Below, in pieces: positions 53,504 through 62,475 of a DNA stretch of 64,000 bases. The position numbers and the translations under genes are program-made. Position 1 is the first letter of the stretch, and each line of letters opens with the position of its first letter. Source of the stretch: Holophagaceae bacterium (GTDB taxonomy: Bacteria; Acidobacteriota; Holophagae; Holophagales; Holophagaceae); contig JADKKO010000004.1 of assembly GCA_016720465.1 (NCBI GenBank), positions 1,569,394-1,633,393 on the forward strand. The letters run 5' to 3'. The notes under the pieces were generated by a model. The model made no database searches. It was not told the DNA's origin and saw nothing but the letters and a program-made list of their open reading frames with translations.

Positions 53504-54247
53504 CTAGTTGCTGAGCTTGGCGTCCTCGACGATCACGGCGTAGGTGTATCCCGATCCGAAATCCTTGTTGACCCTCACGATGCCCTTCACCAGGACCACA
53601 TCGCCGACTTTGGCCGTGCCCTGGGTGGTGATGGTGAGGTCATTGTCGCCTTTGCCGGCATTGCCGCTTCCATCGCGGAGATGGATCCAGTTCTTGCTCA
53701 TGACCTGGGAGGTGAACTTCACGACCTTGCCGCGGACGGACACCGGCTTTTCCTTCAACTCCGTTTTTTGAGCATGGATCTCGGCGACGGTCCGCGCATC
53801 CGGGCCCGTTGCCTTGTCCACCTTCACATCCGGAACGCCGTCGGGCCCCTTGGCCGCCGCAGCGTGCTGCATGGCTGGATTGGCAGAGGCCGCAGGAGCC
53901 TCCAGGGTGCCGAAGAACACCACATCGAATTTCCGCTTCAGCGTCTTCGATTCGAAGTTGTCCATCTGCATGGGATTGAAGACGGTGACCTCAGCGCCCT
54001 TCGCGAGCTTGGTCTCCGGCACCGCCGCCCAGACTTCACCTTTGGCGCTCTGGATTTTGAGGTAGCTGTAAGGCGAAGCATCGATCCGTTCGAGGAGCTT
54101 GCCCGTCAGGTTGTTGGCCGGGGCCGGGGCCATGGCCGGGGCGGCGGCAGCTTTGGCTGCCTCAGCCTGGGCCGCGGTCGGCGGATTGTTTCTTTGGCAT
54201 CCCGCTAGCGCCGCAAGGGCGAGGAGAAGAGCTGGAAATGGGCGCAT
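53504..54247 (-). CDS. lipoprotein with two OB-fold-like repeats
   Basis: Met23 of the ORF gives a canonical lipobox (LAALAGC). Two similar segments end in beta-rich K-G-x-V-x-V motifs. No confident family assignment. Confidence 0.65.
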   Translation of the reverse strand: MRPFPALLLALAALAGCQRNNPPTAAQAEAAKAAAAPAMAPAPANNLTGKLLERIDASPYSYLKIQSAKGEVWAAVPETKLAKGAEVTVFNPMQMDNFESKTLKRKFDVVFFGTLEAPAASANPAMQHAAAAKGPDGVPDVKVDKATGPDARTVAEIHAQKTELKEKPVSVRGKVVKFTSQVMSKNWIHLRDGSGNAGKGDNDLTITTQGTAKVGDVVLVKGIVRVNKDFGSGYTYAVIVEDAKLSN

Positions 54248-54399
54248 CGGCGAAACTCCATGAGAAATGGATTGTTGCGGGCTGGACTCCCCGCTCTTCC
54301 CAGAATAAACCATTCCGGCCCCCGGACTCCTGAGATGGGCATCACATGCCTTTTTGTTCCCGTCCCGGGGATTGGATGCCGCTGCGCTACAATCGTCCC

Positions 54400-55203
54400 A
54401 TGCCTGAACTGCCTGCCCCTGAGCCCCTGCTTGAGCCCCTGCAAGCCCCGGCTGCCCCCTCGCGGATCTTTGAACCCCCGAAAGGTTTCGAGACCAAATT
54501 CAGGGATCTGCCCCTGCACTTGTCGGCCTTCGAGGGCCCCCTGGACCTGCTGCTGCACCTGATCCGGGAGCAGAAGCTGGACATCGTGAATCTACCCATG
54601 GCGGACGTCACGCGGCAATACATGGACTACCTCCTGCTCATGGAGGAATTGAACATCGAGATCGCTTCGGAATTTGTGGCCATGGCGGCCCAGTTGCTCC
54701 AGATCAAGTCGAGGCTGATGCTGCCCCGCGCTCCCCAGGGATTGGGGGAACCGGATCCCCGCGAGGACCTCATCCAAAGGCTGCTGGATTATCAACAGGT
54801 CAAGGAAGCCGCAAGGGAACTCTCCGCCCGGGAATCCGCCTGGCAGTCCGTGGTCTACACCAAAGGGCTGGATATCCAGGAGCATGCCCGCACCGAGGAG
54901 GAGCCGATCCGCGCGACGCTGTTCGACCTCCTTTCCGCCTATCGGGATGCTCTGAAACGCCTGCTGCCGCCGCCTCCGGTGGAATTCCGCACACCGCCCA
55001 AGAGCATCGAACAGCGCATCCAGGAAGTCCTCGCGCAGCTTGCGGACCACGGCTGGAAGCCTTTCGCAGGCCTGCTGGCCGACGCGCTGACCCGCGAAGA
55101 ACTGGTGCTGACCTTCCTGGCCCTGCTGGAATTGGTGCGCACGGGGCGGATCAACCTGGTCCAGGTCGAGGCCTTCGGCGAGATCCGCGTGCAAGCGGCC
55201 TAG
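54400..55203 (+). CDS. scpA: segregation and condensation protein A (kleisin)
   Basis: FEGPLDLLLHLIREQKLDIVNLPMADVTRQY...EFVAMAAQLLQIKSRLMLP is the ScpA signature. The start is Met19 of the ORF. Confidence 0.85.
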   Translation: MPELPAPEPLLEPLQAPAAPSRIFEPPKGFETKFRDLPLHLSAFEGPLDLLLHLIREQKLDIVNLPMADVTRQYMDYLLLMEELNIEIASEFVAMAAQLLQIKSRLMLPRAPQGLGEPDPREDLIQRLLDYQQVKEAARELSARESAWQSVVYTKGLDIQEHARTEEEPIRATLFDLLSAYRDALKRLLPPPPVEFRTPPKSIEQRIQEVLAQLADHGWKPFAGLLADALTREELVLTFLALLELVRTGRINLVQVEAFGEIRVQAA

Positions 55204-55212
55204 AGGAGCGGT

Positions 55213-55776
55213 ATGGAACCCATGGATCCCGGTCTCGTGGAGGAATTGCGCAAGCATGTGGCCATGGCCCGTGTGATCGGCTTCTCCCTCTGCTTCCTGG
55301 CGCCGGCCATCTACCTGCTGCTGCTGGTCCAAATGGCGTTCCATGGGAATCCCCGGCCGCTGGTGGCCGGGTTCCATTCGGTGCCCTGGGGCGATCTTCG
55401 GATCATCGTCCTGTCCATGGCCGGCCTGGCCCTCCTGGCTGCGGGCCCCTACCTGGTCCATCGGTTCTGGGCCCGGGCGAACGCGGCTGAGACAGCTGAA
55501 GGAGTCTTCGCGAATCTCCGCGCCGGCCATATCCTCCATTGCGCAATGCTCGAATCGGTCGCGATTTTCGGCCTGGTATTGGGCTTCACGGTGGGCACCG
55601 GGGCGGGTCCCGTCTGCCTGGTCATGTCGCTGGTTCCGCCGGTGGGCTACCTGTTGTTCGTGCCGGGGGCGCGGCCGCGGCTGCGCCTGCTCTCGCTCCG
55701 GGCCGCGGGGCTTCCCGGAGGGCGCCTCGCTGGCCCGACGGACCTCCATCAGGGAGATGGCCGTGGCGCGCCTTGA
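55213..55776 (+). CDS. hypothetical 4-TM membrane protein (paralog A)
   Basis: Four hydrophobic helices. The segment ILHCAMLESVAIFGLVLGF resembles ILLYSALFEVSCFFGLAYWA in the next gene. Confidence 0.55.
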   Translation: MEPMDPGLVEELRKHVAMARVIGFSLCFLAPAIYLLLLVQMAFHGNPRPLVAGFHSVPWGDLRIIVLSMAGLALLAAGPYLVHRFWARANAAETAEGVFANLRAGHILHCAMLESVAIFGLVLGFTVGTGAGPVCLVMSLVPPVGYLLFVPGARPRLRLLSLRAAGLPGGRLAGPTDLHQGDGRGAP

Positions 55777-56233
55777 AGATGCGGACCTAGACGCCCTGCA
55801 TCGCGCTTATCGCTGGGCCTACCTGGCCGGATTGACGCTTTGTGTTTTCTGGCCCTTGATGCTGCAACTGGCGTTCACCGAATTCATCGCGCCAGGGCAG
55901 AACCCGCCTGATGGAGTCGTCAAGCAATTGGGCTACACCTTCACCGGCCTGGTGCTGCTCTGCGCGGCCTTCGTGACCTGGCGGTCAGGCAAGGTCCGGG
56001 CTGGCTTCTGCGCCTTAGCCGCCGCAGCCAGGCCCAGGGCGATGGCCCGGGAAATCCTGCTCTATTCGGCGCTCTTCGAGGTGAGCTGCTTTTTCGGTTT
56101 GGCCTATTGGGCCCTGGCGGGGCATGAAGGCGTGCGCTTCGCCCGCAGCTTCATCGTGCTCACCAGCATCATGTTCTTCTGCTTCGTGCCGCGTTTCGAC
56201 GCATGGCGCCGCGCCGCCGAAGGCGAGGCCTGA
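55757..56233 (+). CDS. hypothetical 4-TM membrane protein (paralog B)
   Basis: The start is Met139 of ORF 55343-56233, overlapping paralog A by 20 nt. It has the same predicted topology. Confidence 0.55.
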   Translation: MAVARLEDADLDALHRAYRWAYLAGLTLCVFWPLMLQLAFTEFIAPGQNPPDGVVKQLGYTFTGLVLLCAAFVTWRSGKVRAGFCALAAAARPRAMAREILLYSALFEVSCFFGLAYWALAGHEGVRFARSFIVLTSIMFFCFVPRFDAWRRAAEGEA

Positions 56234-56319
56234 ACGATCCGCTTATTCGGGCGGCATGGCCAAGTTGTTTTGTCGCGTGGGCCGACTCAAGGTTATGCTT
56301 GGTGACTCTTACTGCTCCC

Positions 56320-58812
56320 ATGGCCCAAAAACCCCCAAAAGACCAACGCGCCAAGCCCGTCGAGGCTGACCGCACTGTGCGCCTGCCCCGGAAAGGCCTG
56401 GGACTCGAGAAGGATGAACCCACCCAGGCGCTTCAAATGGGCGCGCCCGCGGCCGATTCCACGCTGCGGTTGAAGCGGGACGAGATGTCGTTGGAAGAGC
56501 CCACTGTGGCGCTGAAGGCCGGTGTGCCCGCCGCCGACTCGACCCTGCGGTTGAAGCGGGATGAGATGTCGCTGGAAGAGCCCACCGTGGCGCTGAAGGC
56601 CGGTGCGCCCGCCGCGGACTCGACCCTGCGGTTGAAACGGGATGAGATGTCGCTGGAAGAGCCCACCGTGGCGCTGAAGGCCGGCGTGCCCGCCGCGGAC
56701 TCGACCCTGCGGCTGAACCGGGACGAGATGTCCCTGGAAGAGCCCACCCAGGCGCTGGAGCGGCCTGCGCTGCGGACCGCGATGGAAGTGATCGACGAGG
56801 CGACCAAGGTCGAAACGCGCCAGGCGAAGCCTTCGGTGATGCTGCCGGATGCCACGGATATCCCGTCCTGGGAAGAATCCACCCAGTTCTTCACGCCACC
56901 TGCCGGTGGCCACGCGGACTCGACGCTCCACCTGCCTCGTCCGCTGGAGCCCCCCCCGGCCGCGGTGGATCCCAGCGATTCCATGGATGAGACCTTCCCG
57001 AACGCTCCCGCGGCGCCCAAGGGCCAATCATCGCCACCCGCGCCCATGGAAGCGGCCAACCTGATGCAGGTAGTGGAAGGCCCGGACCTGGAAGAAGACA
57101 CCCTGGTCCTGCCCGACCTGCACGAGCTGGATGAACTCCAGAACGCCATGAAATCCACCACGATGATGCCCGTGATGGAAGCGCCCGCGGCTCCGGAACC
57201 GCCCGAGCCCATGGAAGCCACCACCATCCTGCATGTGGAGCCAGCCGCCGAACCCGCGCCAATGGCGAAGACCATGGTGATGCCCGTGATGGAAGCGCCC
57301 CCAGCGCCGGAGCAACCCGAGCCCATGGAAGCCACCACCATCCTGCATGTGGAGCCAGCCGCCGAACCCGCGCCAATGGCGAAGACCATGGTGATGCCCG
57401 TGATGGAAGCGCCCTCGGCGCCGGAACAACCCGAGCCCATGGAAGCCACCACCATCCTGCATGTGGAGCCAGCCGCCGAACCCGCGCCCGCGCCCATGGC
57501 GAAGACCATGGTGATGCCCGTGATGGAAGTGCCGCCAGCGCCGGAACCGCCCGAGCCCATGGAAGCCACCACCATCCTGCACGCGGAGCCAGCCGCCGAA
57601 CCCGCGCCCGCGCCCATGGCGAAGACCATGGTGATGCCCGTGATGGAAGCGCCCCCGGCGCCGGAACAACCCGAGCCCATGGAAGCCACCACCATCCTGC
57701 ACGCGGAGCCTGCCGCTGAACCCGCGCCTGCGCCCAGGGCGAAGACCATGGTGATGCCGATGGTAGAACCGCCATCGGCTCAAGAAAAACCCGGGCCCAT
57801 GGAAGCAACGACCATCATGCCCGTTTCCGCCGAGGATCCATCGGCCTACCTGACCCGTCAGGGCCAGTCCCCTTGGCCCCCATCTTCCAAACCGGTGGAG
57901 CAATCCCCGGCTTCCACCCAATTGATGTCCGAGTCTCTGCTTTCCATGGCCAAGGAGGCCACCAGCCGCGACCTTGATTCGGCCCTGGCCCCGGTGCCCC
58001 CGGAGGTCACGGCGATGGAAGATGATTCGCCGCTGGCCAGAGCCTCGGAACCGCCCGCTGCGCACCCCCCGGCGCGCCCCTTCGGCCACGCGCAGGACCG
58101 GACCGTTGACACCTCCTCGGGCATGGCGATGACCCCCTCCACGGTGCTCATGCCCGTTCAGCCCCCGCTGGAGCCCACGGCGCCCATCCAGCGCCCGGCA
58201 CCCGCGCCCACGCCCATGCCATCAATAGCAGCCGAAAAGCCAAGGCCGCAGGCATCGCAGCCGATGCCATCCGGGCCCGCGAAACCCAGGCCTGGCGAAC
58301 CTGTGGCGGCCGTCGTTCCGCCGTCGGTTCCGGGCTATCCCGACCGCCATGTGCCGGCCCCGCCCCCTCCCCCCAGGCCTCAGCCCAAACCCGCGGCCAG
58401 TCCTGTCAAGGCGCTCAGCCCGGCTCCCCTTCCGATGGCGGCGCAGGCCAAGGCCGCCGGAAGCTCCTCCAAGCTCTGGATTCCGATCGCCATGGGTTTT
58501 TTACTTTTGGTCATCGGCGGAATCTATTTCGCTTTTTTCAGGACTTCCCTGAAAACAAACCTGCCGCTGGTGGCCTTGCCCAACCAGGGCAGCGAACCCA
58601 GCCTGCCGGTCCCGGCGGATATGCAAGGCACCCTCGCCCAGGCCAAAGGCGGCGACAGCAAGGCCATGCACATGCTCGGGGTGAGCTTCTACTACGGCCT
58701 CAACGTGCCCCAGAACAAGGCCGAGGGCCTGCGTTGGATGCGCAAATCCGCCGAGGCGGGCAATGAAAAGGCCAAGAGCGATCTCCGCCAGATGGAGTCC
58801 GAGGGCCGCTGA
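56320..58812 (+). CDS. 830-aa repeat-rich, Pro/Met-rich, single-TM protein with C-terminal Sel1-like repeat
   Basis: The start is Met40 of ORF 56203-58812. The + frame has GC-rich third codon positions. A TM helix (LWIPIAMGFLLLVIGGIYFAFF) and a recognisable SLR motif (AMHMLGVSFYYGLNVPQNKAEGLRWMRKSAEAGNEKA) identify the coding frame among several long overlapping ORFs. Confidence 0.8.
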   Translation: MAQKPPKDQRAKPVEADRTVRLPRKGLGLEKDEPTQALQMGAPAADSTLRLKRDEMSLEEPTVALKAGVPAADSTLRLKRDEMSLEEPTVALKAGAPAADSTLRLKRDEMSLEEPTVALKAGVPAADSTLRLNRDEMSLEEPTQALERPALRTAMEVIDEATKVETRQAKPSVMLPDATDIPSWEESTQFFTPPAGGHADSTLHLPRPLEPPPAAVDPSDSMDETFPNAPAAPKGQSSPPAPMEAANLMQVVEGPDLEEDTLVLPDLHELDELQNAMKSTTMMPVMEAPAAPEPPEPMEATTILHVEPAAEPAPMAKTMVMPVMEAPPAPEQPEPMEATTILHVEPAAEPAPMAKTMVMPVMEAPSAPEQPEPMEATTILHVEPAAEPAPAPMAKTMVMPVMEVPPAPEPPEPMEATTILHAEPAAEPAPAPMAKTMVMPVMEAPPAPEQPEPMEATTILHAEPAAEPAPAPRAKTMVMPMVEPPSAQEKPGPMEATTIMPVSAEDPSAYLTRQGQSPWPPSSKPVEQSPASTQLMSESLLSMAKEATSRDLDSALAPVPPEVTAMEDDSPLARASEPPAAHPPARPFGHAQDRTVDTSSGMAMTPSTVLMPVQPPLEPTAPIQRPAPAPTPMPSIAAEKPRPQASQPMPSGPAKPRPGEPVAAVVPPSVPGYPDRHVPAPPPPPRPQPKPAASPVKALSPAPLPMAAQAKAAGSSSKLWIPIAMGFLLLVIGGIYFAFFRTSLKTNLPLVALPNQGSEPSLPVPADMQGTLAQAKGGDSKAMHMLGVSFYYGLNVPQNKAEGLRWMRKSAEAGNEKAKSDLRQMESEGR
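56416..56760 (+). repeat. 81-bp (27-aa) tandem repeat, about 4.25 copies
   Basis: Unit EEPTVALKAGVPAADSTLRLKRDEMSL, with unit starts at 56416, 56497, 56578, 56659 and a partial unit at 56740. Confidence 0.9.
57175..57825 (+). repeat. 114/120-bp (38/40-aa) tandem repeat, about 5.5 copies
   Basis: Unit MEAPPAPEQPEPMEATTILHVEPAAEPAP(AP)MAKTMVMPV, with unit starts at 57175, 57289, 57403, 57523, 57643 and a degenerate unit at 57763. Confidence 0.9.
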
Positions 58813-58821
58813 TCAGGTCGG

Positions 58822-60636
58822 CTAGGCCTCGGGCGCGGAGTCGCGCCAGGCCAGCACCTTCGCCACCGCCGCAGGGCCGATGGCCGCGCGGAGATCAGCC
58901 TCCGGGACGGTTCGCACAGCCCCAACGCTTCCGAAGGATTGAAGCAGTTTTTTGGCTGTTGCGGGGCCGATCCCCGGGATTTGCGTGAGCTCTGTCTGGA
59001 GGGTGCGCTTGGCCCTGAGATTCCGGTGATAGGTGACTGCGAAACGATGGGCCTCATCCCGGATGCGTTGCAGCAGTTGTAGCACCGGGGAGGATTTCGG
59101 GATGCGGAAGGGTTCGCTCCGGCCCGGACGGAAGACCAGTTCCTCCTTCTTCGCGAGGCTGGCCAGTTCGAGATGGTCGAGCCCGAGATCCTTCAACGCT
59201 GCTTCGGCCGCATGCAACTGGCCCAGGCCGCCGTCGATGAGCACGAGGTTCGGGAATTCCTGGCCCTCTTCCTTCAAGCGCTTGTAGCGGCGGGTGACCG
59301 CCTCGTGCATGTTGGCGAAATCATCGTTCTGCTCGTTGCTCATCTTGAAGCGCCGGTAGCGCGCCTTGTCCGGGACACCGTCGCTGAAGACCACGCAGGA
59401 GGCCACCACTTCGCGGCCCTGGCCATGGCTGATGTCGAAGCACTCCATGCGGCGCGGGACGTGGGAGATGCCAAGGAAGGCCTGCAAGCCTTCTAGCACG
59501 GCTTCGTTCAGCCGGGCCGGTTCGAACTTCCGTTCCAGGGCCATTCGCGCGTTTTCCTGGGCCATGGACAATAAATCGACTTTTTCACCCTTTCTCGGGA
59601 TATGGATGGCGGGTTTCGTCCCCCTCAGGGTGCCCAGCCAGTCCCGCAGGAGGTCCGCATGTTCGGGCTCCACTTCCACCAGGATCCGGGCCGGGACGGG
59701 TTCCACGGCATAGACCCGTTGCAGCACTTCAGCCAGCACCGCGCCGTCGAAGGTCTCGATGTCGTCCAGGATGTATTCATGGCGGTCCACCATGCGCCCT
59801 TCGCGCATGACCAGCCGATGCACGCAGGCCCGGCCATCCAGCACCGCGGATCCGTACAGGTCCGTATCCTCCTGGTCGGAGCTGGCGGCCTTCTGCCGCG
59901 TGAACCAGGCGTCCAGCTGCTGCAGCGCGTCGCGGTGGTGGGCCGCCAACTCGAAGGCGGATACCTCCGCGGCCTTCCACATGGCCGCTTCCAGGCGGGA
60001 CTTCAGCTCATCCCGCTTGCCTTCCAGGAAGAGTTTCGCTTCCTTCGCCTGCTCCGCATAGGCTTCCTGCGACACTGCGGCGATGCACGGGGCTGTGCAG
60101 CGGTGCAGCTGGTACTTCAGGCAGGCGCGCCCGCGCTTGCCGTCGATGTCGATGTCGCAGTCGCGGATCTGGAAGAACCGGTAGACCAGTTCCGCTGTCC
60201 GGTAGGCGGTGCTCGCCGGGAAGAAAGGCCCGAAATAATAGGCCTTGTCCTTGAGGACCTTCCGGGTCACATAGACCTTGGGGAAGGCCTCCCGGGTGAG
60301 CTTCACGTAGGGATAGCTCTTGTCGTCGCGGAGCAGGATGTTGAAGGGCGGCCGGTGCTCCTTGATCAGGTTGTTCTCCAGGACCAGGGCTTCCAACTCT
60401 GTTTCGCAGACGATGAATTCCAGGTCCCAGATGCGCGCCACCAGCCGACGGGTCTTGGCGTCCTTTGGGGAGGCGGTGAAATAGGACTTCACGCGGTTCC
60501 GGAGCACCTTGGCCTTGCCGATGTAGAGCAGGTTTCCTTCCGCATCGCGATACAGGTAGCAGCCGGGCTGCGTCGGCAAGTCCGGCAGTTTCCGTTGTAG
60601 GAAAGGGCTTTTGTCGAGGTTCGTTCGGGGCGCCAC
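58822..60636 (-). CDS. uvrC: excinuclease ABC subunit C
   Basis: GIY-YIG N-terminus (GCYLYRDAEGNLLYIGKAKVLRNRV), UVR domain, and the endonuclease V/HhH2 C-terminus (IPGIGPATAKKLL). Confidence 0.95.
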   Translation of the reverse strand: MAPRTNLDKSPFLQRKLPDLPTQPGCYLYRDAEGNLLYIGKAKVLRNRVKSYFTASPKDAKTRRLVARIWDLEFIVCETELEALVLENNLIKEHRPPFNILLRDDKSYPYVKLTREAFPKVYVTRKVLKDKAYYFGPFFPASTAYRTAELVYRFFQIRDCDIDIDGKRGRACLKYQLHRCTAPCIAAVSQEAYAEQAKEAKLFLEGKRDELKSRLEAAMWKAAEVSAFELAAHHRDALQQLDAWFTRQKAASSDQEDTDLYGSAVLDGRACVHRLVMREGRMVDRHEYILDDIETFDGAVLAEVLQRVYAVEPVPARILVEVEPEHADLLRDWLGTLRGTKPAIHIPRKGEKVDLLSMAQENARMALERKFEPARLNEAVLEGLQAFLGISHVPRRMECFDISHGQGREVVASCVVFSDGVPDKARYRRFKMSNEQNDDFANMHEAVTRRYKRLKEEGQEFPNLVLIDGGLGQLHAAEAALKDLGLDHLELASLAKKEELVFRPGRSEPFRIPKSSPVLQLLQRIRDEAHRFAVTYHRNLRAKRTLQTELTQIPGIGPATAKKLLQSFGSVGAVRTVPEADLRAAIGPAAVAKVLAWRDSAPEA

Positions 60637-60650
60637 TCATCGAGTCTATC

Positions 60651-60845
60651 TCAGCGCTTGAAGGACCGCCGGATCATGATCAGCAGGAAGAGCGCGAAGC
60701 CGCCCATCACGATGATCCCCCAGTTTTCGTTGGAGAAATCGCCCATGTGCGATCGGTAGTTTGTCGTCTTCTGGGCGGGGTCGCCGCTGGAATCGCTGGG
60801 GGTTTCCTGCAGCACGGAGAGCAGGGGGAGGCCGGGGCGTGGCAT
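60651..60845 (-). CDS. possible small membrane protein
   Basis: The ORF ends in one clear TM helix (WGIIVMGGFALFLLIMIRR). There is no RBS and it may be only 31 aa from the internal Met. Weak support. Confidence 0.3.
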   Translation of the reverse strand: MPRPGLPLLSVLQETPSDSSGDPAQKTTNYRSHMGDFSNENWGIIVMGGFALFLLIMIRRSFKR

Positions 60846-60923
60846 GGAGGAGTTCCGAGAATGGGTGGTGACGATTCTAGCGCGCCGCGCGCCAAGCGGA
60901 TCAATGCGGAATATTCTGGATCC

Positions 60924-61550
60924 ATGCTGAAGCTCGAATCCTTCCCCGTCGGCCCCCTAGGCTGCAACTGCAGCCTGCTCTGGAACCCGGACACGGGAGC
61001 CGGCCTTGTGGTGGACCCGGGCGGAGATGGCGCGAAGATCCGCGCGCGGGTCGCGCAGGCGGGATTCCGGGTGGAGGCTCTGCTGCACACCCACGCCCAC
61101 TTCGACCACGTCGGCGCCACCAGGGAACTGCAGGACCTATGGCAATGTCCCGCCTACCTGCATCGCGGCGACGGCTTCCTCATCGAGAACCTGGACATGC
61201 AGACCGGAGGGTTCGGGTTTAGCGCAATCCCGAAGCCCGACATGCAGGATCTCAACCCTGGGGACATCTTCGCGGGACTGGCCACGCTCCACACGCCCGG
61301 GCACACACCGGGCTCCTGCTGCTTCCATGGGGACTTCGAGAAGGGGAAGCTGGTGCTCGCCGGCGACACGCTGTTCTGCGGCGGCATCGGCCGCACGGAT
61401 CTCTGGGGCGGCGATTTCGGCCAGTTGGAACAGAGCATCCAATCCCAACTCTATGAGCTGGATGCGGGAGCGCTGGTGATTCCCGGCCACGGGCCGGCCA
61501 CCACCATCGGCGAGGAGGCCGAGAACAACCCTTTCGTCAGAAGGAGCTGA
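60924..61550 (+). CDS. MBL-fold metallo-hydrolase (glyoxalase II-like)
   Basis: HTHAHFDH zinc motif, TPGHTPGS, GDTLF...GRTD. The start is Met60 of the ORF; an alternative Met39 (60861) has a GGAGG 10 nt upstream. Confidence 0.85.
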   Translation: MLKLESFPVGPLGCNCSLLWNPDTGAGLVVDPGGDGAKIRARVAQAGFRVEALLHTHAHFDHVGATRELQDLWQCPAYLHRGDGFLIENLDMQTGGFGFSAIPKPDMQDLNPGDIFAGLATLHTPGHTPGSCCFHGDFEKGKLVLAGDTLFCGGIGRTDLWGGDFGQLEQSIQSQLYELDAGALVIPGHGPATTIGEEAENNPFVRRS

Positions 61551-61554
61551 CCTT

Positions 61555-62475
61555 TCAGGTCTTCGCGGGCGCTGGTTTGGGGGGCTTGGGATCCGGCGCG
61601 GCGGCCAGCAGGTTCGTGAGCAACGATTGCCCGGCCGGAATGAGCGTGATGGTCGCGCCGCCGTCCAGAATGCGCTGGGTTTCCATGACGGTGAACATGG
61701 CTTCGGAGACAGCGGGATCGCGGGAGATCTCATCCAGAGCAGCGCCGACGATCTGGGGGCGGATGGCGCCGGCTTTCGCGAACTCCACGGCCGCCTGGCG
61801 CTCGGCGGTGCTGCTGATGATGTTCACCTGATTGGTGCCGTCCTGCTTGATGGACGAGGTCACCTGGCGCAGCCGGTTGACGACCTTGCTCTCGATCTGG
61901 CGGATCATGTCGTGGTCCCGGAAGTGCACCTTGCGGATGTAGATGGATCCCAGCCGGTAGCCCCAGTCGTGGGATTGCGGCGAGACCTCATCCCGCACGG
62001 TCTGGCTCATGGTGTGGCGGTTGGCCATCATGTCGCTCAAGGGCATGTTGCTGAGGCACCGGACGGTGGAATTGCTCACGTTGGCGCCCAGCGAACCGCG
62101 GGGGTCCGTGTTCTTGAACAGGTAGGCCACGGGGTCGCTGATGAACATCTCGTACCAGATGCCGATGCCCATGGGCGCGCCTTCTTCGGAGTTCACGGGC
62201 TGGCTGCGCAGGTATTCCTGGTCCAGCCGCAGATCGATGTCGTAGCACTTGCCGACCCAATTGATGAAGAGCGCCCGCCAGCCGAGCTTGAACCACAGGA
62301 TGTGGAGACCGGGCTCGTCCAGCACCGCGATGACTTTTCCGAAGAGCACGTAGACCTTGCAGCGGCGCTCCTGGACGATGGCGTAGAAGCCGAACATCCG
62401 CGAGAGGGCGAACAGGATGGGCACGCCGATGAGAGCGGCGAAAAAAGCGGCGAAAGCGGCGATGAGGGTCAACAT
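61555..62475 (-). CDS. SPFH/band-7 domain membrane protein (HflC-like partner)
   Basis: Met120 of ORF 61555-62832. N-terminal TM, then an SPFH core (IVQERRCKVYVLFGKV...EPGLHILW). The start shares one nt with the upstream stop (TGATG). Confidence 0.8.
   Translation of the reverse strand: MLTLIAAFAAFFAALIGVPILFALSRMFGFYAIVQERRCKVYVLFGKVIAVLDEPGLHILWFKLGWRALFINWVGKCYDIDLRLDQEYLRSQPVNSEEGAPMGIGIWYEMFISDPVAYLFKNTDPRGSLGANVSNSTVRCLSNMPLSDMMANRHTMSQTVRDEVSPQSHDWGYRLGSIYIRKVHFRDHDMIRQIESKVVNRLRQVTSSIKQDGTNQVNIISSTAERQAAVEFAKAGAIRPQIVGAALDEISRDPAVSEAMFTVMETQRILDGGATITLIPAGQSLLTNLLAAAPDPKPPKPAPAKT

Noticed and set aside
56433-58089. Three long minus-strand ORFs (56433-57749, 56891-57808, 57028-58089) across the repeat protein gene.
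   Set aside because: They are products of the GC-rich tandem repeats staying open in several frames. Only the + frame links to a TM helix and a recognisable Sel1-like repeat and shows GC-rich third codon positions.
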